A DNA stretch of 64,000 nucleotides from the NCBI RefSeq assembly GCF_016432865.1, contig NC_067398.1, forward strand, positions 679,892,001 to 679,956,000, read 5' to 3'. The stretch's first letter is position 1, and each line of letters begins with the position of its first letter. Below are positions 27,264-39,930 of this stretch, piece after piece. Origin of the DNA: Antechinus flavipes. Lineage: Eukaryota. The translations under genes and the position numbers were made by a program. Below the pieces are notes generated by a model. It did not search any database and was not told where the DNA came from. It saw only the letters and a program-made list of their open reading frames with translations.

Positions 27264-29898
27264 CTGTGATCAGTTCTTGACAAACTGGATGGATCTCCAT
27301 CCTCCATGATTCAAATTTTGCCTCAGCATTTATTCACACGGAGCATGTCTGAAAGGCCTTCTCTCCTCTGCCCCATAGCCCTAAAATCTTGTCTCGTCAA
27401 GACTCAATTGTGTTGCTATGTTTTCTTGAAAGCCTTCCTCAATTCTGCCTTGTTCCCCCATTTTTCTTATACTATAAGTATTTATGTTAATACCATGTCC
27501 CTCAAAATGAAATAAAACCTCCTTGAAAGTGGTGTTTCTCAATATCCTCCAGTCCCTAATCATGCTACCACTTAGTAGGTGCTTTATATATGTTGAATTA
27601 TTGTTCTGGTCTTCACAGCAGATCAGCATAGAAATCACTGGTTAAATACCAAAATTATCTCTATCATTATAAATCTTGCTTTCCACAGCCAACAACCAGT
27701 CTTCTCCCACTGTTCCCCTCCCCCAAAATGATGTCATTGATCCTCTTCAAGAAGGAAGGATCAACAAAAGTCTCTCAAAACCAAACCAAACATCCCACCT
27801 ATCAGTTTTGGCTACAAAGCCCTCATTTCTGCCCCAGTTCATACCAGTACATCCTAGTGAAAATCTTAGAAATGTAATCAAGAAAAACAAAAATTGAGGA
27901 AGAATCCCAGTCACCTCCTGTATCTCAGATACATAACAGAGATACATAATCACAGGCGGACACATTCTTATTCATGGTTGGTTACTCAGTTACAGGCTTT
28001 CACAGAAACAGTGGGCCTTCCCGAAACAGTTACCCATCCACCAGTCTCTCTCACATACTGACATGCACAATCATAGTCACAGAGATTTACAGGCAAACAC
28101 GGCACAAGCAAAGAATATCAGATATAAAGTCCATTACAGACCGATGGACGCGTTTTATGCACACCCTTGGATAGACACAGTCCCAGACAGAGACCCAAAC
28201 GCCCAAACGTCAAGTGCCATATAGACTCACAGACACACAGGGATTGTCATTATCTCTGTCTGTCTTTAATTCTAACTTTGTTGTCCCAAACCTATCATTA
28301 AGCCCCCACGGACACATGACTGTCTCCACATCCTAGGATGTTGTCTGAAAAAGATTCCAGTGGAAGAGCCCAAAGAGAATCGATCTCTAAGTACTAAGGT
28401 CTCAAGTGATCTACTTGGGCAGCATCTATGGCCCACAGTGATGTCAGAAATTCCAAGGCAGACTCTGGACCCTTGACAAAGGCCCGATATCCCGTCATCA
28501 GGACTTCATTCCTTTGAAGGCATATAACCCTGTCAAAATGCCAATATGTGGGAGGGTCCCATAGCCACTCATTGTAGTCACGGGCTCCTTTGTGGAAGAG
28601 GTTCATTCATCTGTCCTTGGTAAGGGAAGATTTGAGCCCTGGATGTCCGGGAATAAAATGGGGGTGAGGAGGAGGCAGAAAGGCCACAGAAGAAAGGCCA
28701 GAGACTGCCAGTGGCCTCCTTTCCTTCTTTTATTCTCTTTGCTTGCTCTAGAGCATATTTTCTGTACAACGTACCAGATCTGACCTTCCATGGCTTTCCC
28801 CAGCCTGGAGAGGTAAAAGGTATTGCAGATGGCACTAGACACGCTTTGTTAACTAGCCCCAACCTAGCTCTGCTTCTTCCTCTGCTCTCTGCACCATCCC
28901 CTGCTCATTCCTCTCCCCTAACCTTTGCTCTGTAACTCCCTTTCCCAGATGTCCTTCCTTTTTTGGCTCTGCAAATCCTCTCCATTTTGGTCTTTCAGGG
29001 TTCAACTCAGGGCTTGCCTGTCTGTGGGAAGCCTTCCTGGACCACACCAACCCCACCTGAGCAGATAGCACCTACCTATTCTTTGGCTAGAGATCTTGGC
29101 ATTTGCCTTATAATCTTGGGTTCATCAGGGATTAATTATTTTCATCCTTGTGTAAACTTTTCTAAGAGACTGGAAGTCCCTGCAAGGTAGACGCCCATTT
29201 ATTTGTTAAGTGATCAAGTCACAGACTAGTCCAAGCAACAGGCTAAAGGATTGCCAAGATGCTGAGGACTGAGGAATCTCTGGGCTGACTGGAGAGCTCA
29301 AAAACCAAGTGATAGGGTTTGGGATCTTGGAACTGGAATCTCAGGGTCTGGAGTCTGGATAGGGACAGGGCCTGTGGCGACAGGGATTTAGGGTGGAAGA
29401 AAGCTGGACTGGGAGAGCATCCCGAATAAGTCTGCCCTCAGCTGTGTGGTCCCTTAGCCCCCCATTCAGCTTAGAGGCGCAGCTTCAATGGCCCTGGTGG
29501 CTTTCCAAAGCTATATCCCGCTCTCTGTACAGTTCTACTGTCCCGGCAGATCTCCCTGGGAGGGTTGGGGGGGGGGTTAATCCCCACTCTCCCCCAATGG
29601 ATCCTGCTCTCTGGAAACACCCACTTTCTAGACTAGTCCTCGTTTTCCAGATCCAGGTTCCCAGCCTTCAGAACAGACCTCCGTCCTCCCCACAGGACGC
29701 CCTCCTAGTACGGGGACAACTCCCTCCCTCTCCCACTTCTGGGGACAGATCCTCGTTCCCCTGGTCCAGCTCTCCAGCCTTCCGGACAGATCCCGGTCCT
29801 CGGAGGAGGTTCCCCCTCCCCGCTCTTCCGAGGCAGACCCCTCCCCCTAACTCTCAGAACTGAACCTACTCCCGGGGCAGACCCCTCGCTTCACTCAC

Positions 29899-30130
29899 CC
29901 GCCAGTGCGGCCGCCGCTCCGAGCCGGCTCTCCGGGAGTACGCTCCGGTCTCCTCCGGACGTCCCGAACAGCACCCGGGCCAGGCGGGTGAGTCAAGTCG
30001 GGCGTGGCCGCTGGAGCCAAGGAGCCCGGGCCGCTCCGCCCACCTGGCCCCGCCCCTCACCCAGCCCTCCCCAGGTCCGAAACTGGAGGGAGAGGGAAAC
30101 TGAGGCGGAGGGTGCCAGGAGGCAAATGTC
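29899..30130 (-). promoter_or_regulatory. Probable LRRC8E non-coding exon 1 and CpG-island promoter
   Basis: CpG-rich patch with minus-strand donor CGG|GTGAGT at 29898; GC box (ccccgccc) and TGAGTCA (29989-29995). The coding exon has an acceptor at 24295, 7 nt before the ATG, so an upstream exon is required. Confidence 0.7.
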
Positions 30131-30973
30131 CGTGCTTTCCAGCTCCTGGCTGGCCACTGGGGTCCCAGGAAAGTGAGGGGAGACTTAGTAGTTGGGGGGG
30201 GGGCTACATAGTCTAAACTCCCGGGTTCTGTGAGGATGCAGCCAGTCATTTGGGGTCAGCCTCTTAGGAAGTTAGACGGCTTTCCTTTCTACTGGACCAC
30301 CAGGGGAAACTGAGCCTCAGACCTTTTGAGGTCATTCCGAGAGGAGAAAGCTGGCTCCCAGCTGTCTAGCATTTCTTTCTTTTCTTCCCAGGTGAGTAGT
30401 TCCAGCTAAGGGAGATGAAAAGAAGTGGGATCCTTTAATTTCCCCCTCTCAGCCAACCAGTCCCCAGATCAACCCATAAGACAGAATATTAGGAGACAGC
30501 ACCAGGGAGTTGAGGCCGCCATCCAGCCACTTCCGTATGGGGCAGGGCTTAAGTCCAATAATAGTAGGTAAACCACAGAACCAGTCCAAGAGGTTCCAGT
30601 TCTTTCCCATCAGCCCTTCAGGGCCACAGGGAAGGACCTGGAAGGCAATCAGGTTCTGAACTAAAACTGGGGAGGAGGGAGTAAAAGGCTAGTTACCGCA
30701 GGTTAATAAGCGGGGAAGAGCTTTTGATGAGTGCACCAGGAGATAAAGAGATGAGAGCCACTGATAAGGGTCTTGTTGTCTTCCCTTAGGTGGAAACAGA
30801 TACCATTCTCTTTCTTCCCTCTGACCAGTGGAGCCTCCACTATGATCACTGGAAAAGGTGGGGGAAGGGTTCAAAGGGAAGCTCTCCAGGGATTGGAACC
30901 TGAACAAAGACTTTAGCTGGAGCTCTCCTGTCTTGCAACTATCTTTTCTTTACCTTGTTCTGCTAAAACTCTA

Positions 30974-30974
<1 letters not shown>

Positions 30975-31006
<32 letters not shown>

Positions 31007-31020
31007 TTATCTATATATTT
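30975..31020. repeat. (TCTG)n(TCTA)n tetranucleotide microsatellite
   Basis: tctgtctgtctgtctgtctatctatctatctatttatctat. Confidence 0.85.
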
Positions 31021-31226
31021 AGCTGGTAGAACTGAAAGCTAACAAAGAGCTCATCTAGGGGAAGTCAGTTTAGGTAGGTGAATTGAGTATATGTCAACCT
31101 TTAGGGTCCTTACCTCCCCTGGGGCACCCTGACTTACAAGTTAGTTTCTCTCTTCTTCTAGATTCTTGCACTTTATCATTTCTGCCTCTTTCCTTCCTCT
31201 CTTCCCCCCATTAAAAAATAAAGCAG

Positions 31227-31385
31227 GGTTAGCTAGGTGGCACAGTGGAAAGAGCACCAGCTCTGAAGTAAGGACCTGAGTTCAAATTTGGTCTCAGATA
31301 CTTAACACTTCTCACCTGTGTGACCTTGGGCAAGTCACTTAACCCCAATTGCCCCAACAGCAACAAAAATAAATAAATAAAAAGA
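31227..31385 (+). mobile_element. CORE-SINE
   Basis: ggttagctaggtggcacagtggaaagagcacc...gagttcaaatttggtctcaga...accttgggcaagtcacttaaccc plus tail. Confidence 0.88.
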
Positions 31386-31389
31386 ATAA

Positions 31390-32085
31390 GAAAATGGGAG
31401 ACACTCTAAGTCCATGTTAATTTGAGACACTCCCCTATTCTCATCTGATGTTGCCACCCCTCTAGTGCAAGCCCTCATCTCCTCGAGCCTTGGTTATTGC
31501 AATAGCCTATTCAGGGGTCTGCCCGCTTCAAGTTTCTCCCATTCCGATCTGTTTTCCATTCAGCCACTAATGTGGTTTTCCCAAAACTTAGGTTTAATTA
31601 TGTCCCTTCCTTACTCAATAAACCCTAGTGGCTTCCTATTACCTCTAGAAGCAAAGACAAATTGTTTGGCATTCAAATCCCTTCGTGATCTGCCTCCTCC
31701 TACCCTTCTAGGTTTTTTATATCTTAGTTCCACAACACATTCACTTTGATCCACTGATACTGGCATCCTGGCTACTCCACAAACAAGACACTCCATTTCT
31801 AGGCTCCAACTACTGACTTCATGGCTTTCTTTATGTTCTAATTTAAATCCTTTCCTTTATTGAAAGTCTTTTCTTCTTAACTTTTCTTTTTAATCTTTTC
31901 CTCTTAATTCCAGTGCTTTTTCTCTGTTAATTATTAATATTAATATATTATCCTGTATATAACTTACTTTATATATGTTTTCATGTTTTCTCTCCCAATA
32001 TATATAAGCTCCAAGTACAATCTTTTGCCTTTCTTTGTATCTCCAGCACTTAACACATTGCTTGCACATATTAGACACTTAATTA
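31390..32085 (+). mobile_element. L2 3' region
   Basis: gcaagccctcatctcctcgagccttggttattgcaatagcct...ccagcacttaacacattgcttgcacatattagacactta. Confidence 0.7.
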
Positions 32086-32089
32086 TTGC

Positions 32090-33200
32090 TTATTTTTAAA
32101 AACATGTTTATTATGTATCCAAGTTTTTAATCGTTTTTTTTTAATTTTTGAGTTCTAAATTCTCTTCCTTTTTTCCTTTCTTCCTCATTGAGAAAGCAAG
32201 CAATTTGGTATAGATTATACAAAGGCAGTGATGCAAAACATATTTCATATTAGTCATATTGTGGGAAAAAACAGACTAAATCCTCTCCCTCAAACAAGAA
32301 AGATAAACATTTTTTGAAGTATGATTTAATCTGCATTGAGATACCATCATTCTTTCTCTGAAAGTAGCTAGGATTTTTCATCGTGAATCATTTGGAATTA
32401 TCTTAGGTCATTGCTTTATTGAGAATAGCTAAGTCATTTATTATTGATTATTGTACACTTTTGCTGTTACTGTGTACAGTGTGCTCCTGGTTCTGCTCAT
32501 TTCACTTTGCATTAGTTCTGTTCTCTTCATTTCTTAGAGTATAATAATATTCCATGATAATCTCCAAGCAAAGAGAAATAGTTTTATTTCCTCTTATTAT
32601 TCTTGCTTATTCTAATCCCTTCCATCTTTTTTCCTCTTGTTGATATAGCTAACACTTCCACTACAATATCGAATAATAATGGTGATAATGAGCATCTTTG
32701 CTTTTCCATGCTTTTCTTGAGAAGACATCTAGCTTATCTTCACTACATCAGATAATACTACTTATCATTTTAAGGAAAGCTACATTAGTTTTATGCTTTC
32801 TAGTGTTTTTTAATAGAAATGAGTGTTATATTTTATGAAAAGCTTTTTCTGCATCTATTAAGATAATCATATGGTTTTTGTTGTTTTTCTTGTTAACATC
32901 ACCAATTTTCCTAATATTGCACGAGTCCTGCATACTTGATATAAATCTCACCTGGTCATAATGTAGCTTTTTGATGTATTGCCATAATCTCCTTGATAAC
33001 GTTTTATTTTAAATCTGTGCAGCAATATTCATTAGGGAAATTGGTCTATAGTTCTCTTTCTCTGTTTTTGCTATTCCTAATTTGGTTATCAGCATCATGT
33101 TTGTGTCATAAAAGGAATTTGGTGGGATTCTTTCTTTGCATATTTTGTTGGCTTCTAATGCTATTTTTTCTTTTTGCTTATTTCTCTACCATATGAATCA
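32090..33200 (-). mobile_element. Old L1 fragments, antisense
   Basis: Reverse L1 3'UTR and ORF2 motifs (ctggttctgctcatttcactt, taatggtgataatgagcatc, tcacctggtcataatg). Confidence 0.75.
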
Positions 33201-33656
33201 TATTTATGCTCAGTGTTAAAAGAGGATCCCAGAATTATTTAATCAAACACCTACCTAGCACAGTGGATAAAGTCAATACTCTATCCTGAGTTAGTTGAGT
33301 CAGGAAAACCTGAGTAGAAGTCCCACTTCAGATACTTATTAGGTGGGCAAGTCACTTAACATTTCTGTGCCTCCATTTCTTCAACTATAAGATGGGGATT
33401 GTTCCCCTCTTCATAGGTTGTTAAAAAGATCAAATGAGATAATATCTGTTAGAGCACTTAACCACAATGCCAACAAATAGATCCCTACTCCCCGCTCCTA
33501 GCCCCAGGGAGAAGTTCTCTCTATAACATCCTCTTTACATGGTGACCCAGCTCCACATGAAGACCTACAGGTTTGGAGGCTTCTGAGATATCCTGTTCTA
33601 TTTCAGAAGAGTTAGAAGTTTGAGTTAATCTTATCTTTATAGTATATTTAAAAATC

Positions 33657-34132
33657 TGTGATAAAGAGAAACTGAGGCACAAAGTTCAGAGCATGATCAA
33701 TTTATTAGCAAGGCTAACAATTGCTAATGAGAGGATCCAAGGCTCTTTGGGAACCAAAGATACATCAGATGTAATCAGAGCCACTCTTTTATACAGTTGA
33801 AAAGGTAGTTGTATTCAAAATAGTATAGTAATACAAGAAAAACTAAGACTGTGAATGGTCTGACACAACAATAAAGACTATCTATGTTTGGCTTGATCAG
33901 AGAGGGGTTTCCATAACCCTTCCATAAACATCCTTTGGAAAGTCTTATAGTGGGCAAACATCTTATAACCAGTTTGACTCATCTTTCCTAGTGGTCAGGA
34001 AATTCATAGATTTAAGTTAAGGGAGTTCAAATTCTCTTGAAGGGGTCAATCAGCACATAGTGGATTGATTATTAGTGCATAATAAATACAGTAAGCCTTA
34101 CTAAAATAATAAAAAAATAAAGTGGGGTATCA
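33657..34132 (-). mobile_element. Probable solo LTR
   Basis: About 475 bp with TG...CA ends (minus strand TGATACCCC...TTATCACA); minus-strand TATA-like (33787-33793) and AATAAA (33703-33708) in LTR order. No clear TSD. Confidence 0.5.
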
Positions 34133-34499
34133 ATTTTCTATTTCTCATTTGCATTTCCACATCAACCACTCTAATGCAGGCCTCATTTCCTCTCCCCTGG
34201 TCTTTTGGAGGCAATAAGCCTCTCTACCTATGGGTGCTCCTTCTTCAGTTCTTCCTGCCCAGGCTGCAGAGTTCTCTTTTCAAAGCCCACTTTCCTTACT
34301 CTTTACCAGATAGAATCCTTATATGAATAGGGGAGGAATTCATGATCAAACGAAGGATAGAAAGGATCATAGGAACTGAAAGGGACAATAATTATAACAT
34401 AAAATTTGAAAACTTTTTTGCACAACAAAATCAATGCATCTGAAATTAAAAGGATAAGCAGGTAACTGGAAAAACATTTGCAGTACTCTGATGAAGGCT

Positions 34500-34684
34500 T
34501 CATTTAAAAAATATTTATTTTTAATTTATGAAATAAAACAAGCATTTCCATAACATGGTAGAATAAAAAAAAGGATGATTGTGCATGAAATTGCAAATCT
34601 ATTATGCACAATCAAATAGATAATAAAATTGCCATATAACTTTCTTTTTTTTTTCTTCACTCTCATTGCCATGGTTATCATCAC

Positions 34685-34728
<44 letters not shown>

Positions 34729-35345
34729 ATATATGTATGTGCACATGCTCATGTCAATGTAAAATAATTCCATATATTCTTTTCTTCTCTAGATGCAGAT
34801 AGAATCTTCCTTCCAACTCTTTTTTAAAAAGCTAATTTGGATATATATAATAGTCAAAATGATTTAGTCTTTCAAAACTGTTCTTAAAAATAAATTGCTA
34901 TTACTGTAGACAGTGTTCTCTTGGTTCTGCTCATTTGGCTCTTCATTATTTCATGCAAGTTTATTCATGGTTTTCTAAAATCAATGAATTCATCATTTCT
35001 TATAACACATTAGTATTCTATCACGATCATATCACACAGTTTGTTCAGCTATTTCCCAATTGTCAGTCATCCCTGAAATTTTCAGTACTTTGTTATCACA
35101 AAGAGAGCTGCTATATTTTTAAACATATAGGTTCTTTTCTTTTCTTAAATCATATTTGGAAATATACCTATTAGTGATATTTTTGTCAAATACATGTAAA
35201 TAAAAATTTGTAATGTTCATTAAAAATTTTTTTGAGTTCCAAAATTTTTCCCTTTCCCTTCCTCACCCTCCCAGAAGAAAAGCAGTTTGAAAAAGATTAT
35301 ACATGTGTAGTCTTGCAAAAACATTTTCACATTAGAAAGGTCTTG
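34500..35345 (-). mobile_element. Old L1 3' ends, antisense, with an internal (CA)n at about 34689-34730
   Basis: Reverse L1 3'UTR motifs (gttctcttggttctgctcatt, tatttcccaattg). Confidence 0.7.
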
Positions 35346-35419
35346 TTTTCAATGTATATGTGTATACACATACATATGCGCCCATATGGAACTAATTCAA
35401 AGTTGTAAGAATAAAACTC

Positions 35420-36370
35420 AAGTCCGCAAGGTGCTTATTAAGCAACTATTAAATGCCAGGCACTGTGCCAAGTGCTAGAGACAAAAAAAATACCCCCCCA
35501 AAAGCCTCTGCTTTTAAGGAATTCACATGAGGGATATAATGAAATGATTGAAGAACAACAACAAAAAACTATGTACAAAGAAAATATATGCAGGACAAAT
35601 TGGAGATAATCACATTAAATGAGAATCAAGAAATGTTTTTGGTAGAAGATGGGATTTTAGCTGACGCTTGAAGGAAGTCATATAGTCCAAGAATTGAAAG
35701 AGAAAGAGAGCATCCAGGCAAGGGGGATAGCCAGTGTTAATGCTTAGAGTACAAAGATCAACTGCCTTGCTCTAGGGACAAGTGTAGCTGGATTATAGTG
35801 TACGTGATAAAAAGTAAGGTTTAAGAAGATTGTAAAAGTAGAAAGATGTAAAGGTCTCCATGTTATGAAGACTTTGAACGCTAAAATTTCATATTTGATT
35901 CTTGAGGTGACAGGGGGTCACCAGCATATACTGAATAGAGACATAATGTGTCCAGACTTGTGTTTTAGGAAGATTCTGGGTTGTTGGAGGGTGGAGAGTG
36001 GTGTCCTTGATATTAGCAAGAAAATTAGGAAGAGGGGAGGGGGAGGTCATGCAAAGAAAGATATTAGGTTCTGTTTTTAAAATATTTAGTTTTTGAAGTC
36101 TATGGAAGATTCAATTCAAGATGCCCAATAGGCTTTTGGAGACGAGAAGTTGGACATCAGGAGAGAGGTTAGAGTTAGAGCTCCAAGAAGATCTGGAAAT
36201 CATCAGGATAGAGATGACAGTCAAATCCATGGAAACTGATGAGAGTGCTAAGTGAACTAGTGAGAGGAAAGAAAATAGTCTAGGACAAGGATCTGCAATA
36301 CATCGATAGTTAATGGACATGACCTAGATGAAGATCCCAGCAAAAGAGCCTGAGAAAGGTCAGTCAGTCA
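35420..36370 (-). mobile_element. L2, antisense
   Basis: gtgcttattaagc...ccaggcactgtgccaagtgctagaga, then gatggacatgacctagatgaag-type L2 motifs. Confidence 0.65.
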
Positions 36371-38239
36371 GCAAATAGAAAATAGCCAATCTAAGCAAGT
36401 TATGTTCTAGAGTCATGAAAACTGGAAAATATATTGGAATTTATGGAAATAAGAACACAAGCCAAACTATTTTAAATAAGGATGGGATTAAATTATTCCT
36501 TTGTCTAAAAGTCCTGGAAAGCACCAGAGGAGGAAAAGCCCAGTATGGCAAAAATGATTAAATATCTCAGGATGAGATAGCAGAGCTCAAATGTTGAGCA
36601 TCCTATGACTGAATCAGCTCCACCACTATTTCATTCGTGTGTACCTGGTGAGCTAATGTGTCTAGAATGCCACCCAGTGGCTTATACACAAATACACTTT
36701 GAGTAGCTACCTTCAGCAACTAGATCAAAGAATTAAATATATAGAGTTGGAAGGGACCTCAGAGTTCTACCAGTCTAATTCTCACCCTTCATTTTTCAGA
36801 TGAAGAAACTAAACCTCAGAGATGCAATTTGGCCATTATCACTCAGGTTGTAAATGGGAAAGTTAAAATTTGAATCCGGGTCTTCTTGCTGCAAAGTCAT
36901 TATGTTTTCCCTTACTCTACCATGCTAGCACTCTGAAATCTGGTCTTCTCTATGCCAAAAGGAAACAAGGAATTTCAGTAATTAGGCTGGAAAGGTAGGT
37001 GGGATCCAAGTAATGGCATCTTAAGTGCTAAACTGAAGACTTTTTGTTTTATTCTACAGGCAATTGGCAGCCATTGAAAACTTTTGAGCAGGGAGTGAGT
37101 TAATCAGATATATTTAGGAACATAAATTTGTTTGATTTATGGAAGCTGTATTAGAAAAGGAAAGGGTGGAAACGGAGACTCGAGAGAATCCAATTGAGTG
37201 GTATTTAGAATCTGAACTAGAATAGAAATTGTATAAGTGGAGAAGAGAGGATGGAGATTAGAGATACTGTGCAGCTGAGAAGACTTGATAGTTGATTGGA
37301 AGTGGAAGAATGATAAAGGAGTCAAGGATGAATGGGTGACCAGAAAATCATTGCTATTTTCTTTTTAAATTTTTTTATTTAATTTTTAAATATTCATTTT
37401 TACAATTTTGAGTTCCCAGTTCTCTCCCTTCTTCCAATCCCTTTCCCATTCAATGAGAAGGCAAACAGTATGATATTATCCATATCATTTTTCAAATATG
37501 TATTATAATCTCCCAACTCTGAAGAGAAGTTTCCGGTACTCTATCATTAAAATCTTGTTCCCATTTTTCAAAGTCCATCTTCAATTGCATTTCCTCCATG
37601 AAGCCTTCTTTTATGATCCCAGGTATAAGTGAGCACCTTCTTCTGTAAATTCCCATTGTTTTCTGTTTACCACACTTTGTTAGGTGTGCCCTATAAGACA
37701 GTTCCAGAATTGCGCTCTGCTTCATGATTCAGATGTGTTAGGAAATGTGATTTCTGATTGCCTTAGAGATCTCAAAGACTAACTCTGCAGAAGGCAGACA
37801 TTAAGAATGAGTCAGAGACAGATCAGGAGAGGTAAGGCAAACACTTTTCAAATTAAGGACTGGCAATTATTCTTGGAGGCAGATATGTGGGGGGAAAGTC
37901 AGCCTCTCACTCCCAAAATCTGCACTTTCAACCCTAGAACCTGCTGAGTGCACTTCCTTGAGTCAGATCAGTCTCTTCTTCATTCATTGAGCTGAGGTGT
38001 TCTATCTTGCTTCCAGCTGGTATTCCTTTTCCATCATGCATTCGTCAGTTTATTCAAATATGAATAACTTCACTGACTTTTGCTTAATGTTTTGCTTAGA
38101 CAAATGGGTGTATTCAAGCTACTATTCATGATGATATTTTACATAACCAGAATTTAGTAGGGATGAGGGAGATAGGCTTGCTAAATTAAATTATTACCTT
38201 CCTTTTTTTTGAAGTGCAAAATGGATAATTTTTATTACA

Positions 38240-39930
38240 GTGAATTTATTTTATAAAGCTTTTTATTTTCAAAATACATGCATAGTTTTCAACATTCACC
38301 CTTGTAAAACCTTGTGTTCCAAAATTTTTTCTCCCTCTCTTCCCTCCATTCCCTTCCTTAGACAACAAGCAATCCAATATATGTTAGACATGTGCAATTC
38401 TTCTATACCTATTACAATTATCTTGTTGCATAAAAAAATCAGATCAAAAAGGAAAAAAAAAGAGAAGGAAAACAAAATGCAAGCAAACAACAACAACAAA
38501 AAAGTGAAAATATTATGTTCTGGTCCACACTCAGTTCCCACAGTCCTCTCTGTATGCAAATAGCTCTCTCCATCACAAGATCATTGGAACTAGCCTGAAT
38601 CACCTCGCTGTTAAAAAGAGCCACATCTATTAGAACAGATCATTGTGTAATATTGCTGTTGCTATGTACAACATTCTCCTGGTTCTTCTTTTTTTATTAT
38701 ATAATAATTTCATTTGTTCCCCCCCAAAATAAAACAATTCATAGCAGCCTATTAAGGAGTGAGTTGTTTTTTTCTTAACCGTACCAATACTGAATTTGAT
38801 CATTCCATACTATCTTTTTTTTAAAAAAAAAAAACTTTTTATTGATAGAACCCATGCCAGGGTAATTTTTTACATTATCCCTTGCACTCACTTCTGTTCC
38901 GATTTTTCCCCTCCCTCCCTCTACCCCCTCCCCCAGATGGCAAGCAGTCCTATATATGTTAAATATGTCGCAGCATATCCTAGATACAATATATGTGTGC
39001 AGAACCTAACAGTTCTCTTGTTGCACAGGGAGAATTGGATTCAGAAGGTAGAAATAACCCGGGAAGAAAAACAAAAATGCAAGCAGTTTATATTCATTTC
39101 CCAGTGTTCTTTCTTTGGGTGTAGCTGCTTCTGTCCATCATTGATCAGTTGGAACTGAGTCAGGTCTCTTTGTCAAAGAAATCCACTTCCATCAGAATAG
39201 ATCCTTATACAGTATCGTTGTTGAGGTATATAATGATCTCTTTGTTCTGCTCATTTCACTTAGCACGTTCTCCTGGTTCTACTCACTTCACTTAGCATCA
39301 GTTCTCTCCAAGCCGCTCTGAAATCATCATGCTGATCATTTCTTATAGAAAATAATATTCAATAACATTCATTTTTAATAACTTATTCAGCCTTTCTCTA
39401 ACTGGTGGGCATCCACTCAGTTTCCAGTTCCTTGCCACTACAAAAAGGGCTGCTACAAACATTTTTGCACATAGGGTCCCTTTCCCTCCTTTATGGTCTC
39501 TTTGGGATAAAGACTTAGTAGAGATATTGCTGAATCAAAAAAAAAAAAAAAAAAGCAGAGTTTGATAGCCCTTTAGACACAGTTCTAAATTGCTCTCCAG
39601 CCTGTTTGAATCAGTTCACAACTCTATCAGCAATGTATTAGTGTCCCAGTTTTCCCACATCCCCTCCAACATTCATTCTTACCTTTTCCTGTCATCTTAG
39701 CCAATCCAAGAGATGTGTAGTGGTACCTAAGATTTGTCTTAATTTGCATTTCTCTGATCAATAGTGATTTAGCGCATTTTTTCACATGGCTAGAAATGGC
39801 TTTAATTTCTTCATCTGAAAATTGTTTATATCCTTCGGCCATTTATCAATTGGAGAATGGCTTGAATTCTTATAAATATGAGTCAATTCTCTATAGATTT
39901 CAGAAATGAGGCCTTTATTAGAACCCTTAG
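38240..39930 (-). mobile_element. Older L1 interrupted by a younger L1 insertion (38687-39267) that carries a probable 3' transduction
   Basis: 13-bp TSD ttctcctggttct at 38674-38686 and 39268-39280; ORF 39627-39842 is ORF2-like. Confidence 0.85.

Noticed and set aside
37800-37970. Two TGAGTCA AP-1 sites (plus one in the LRRC8E promoter), suggesting MKK7-JNK feedback
   Set aside because: About 8 such 7-mers are expected by chance in 64 kb, and others fall inside TEs.
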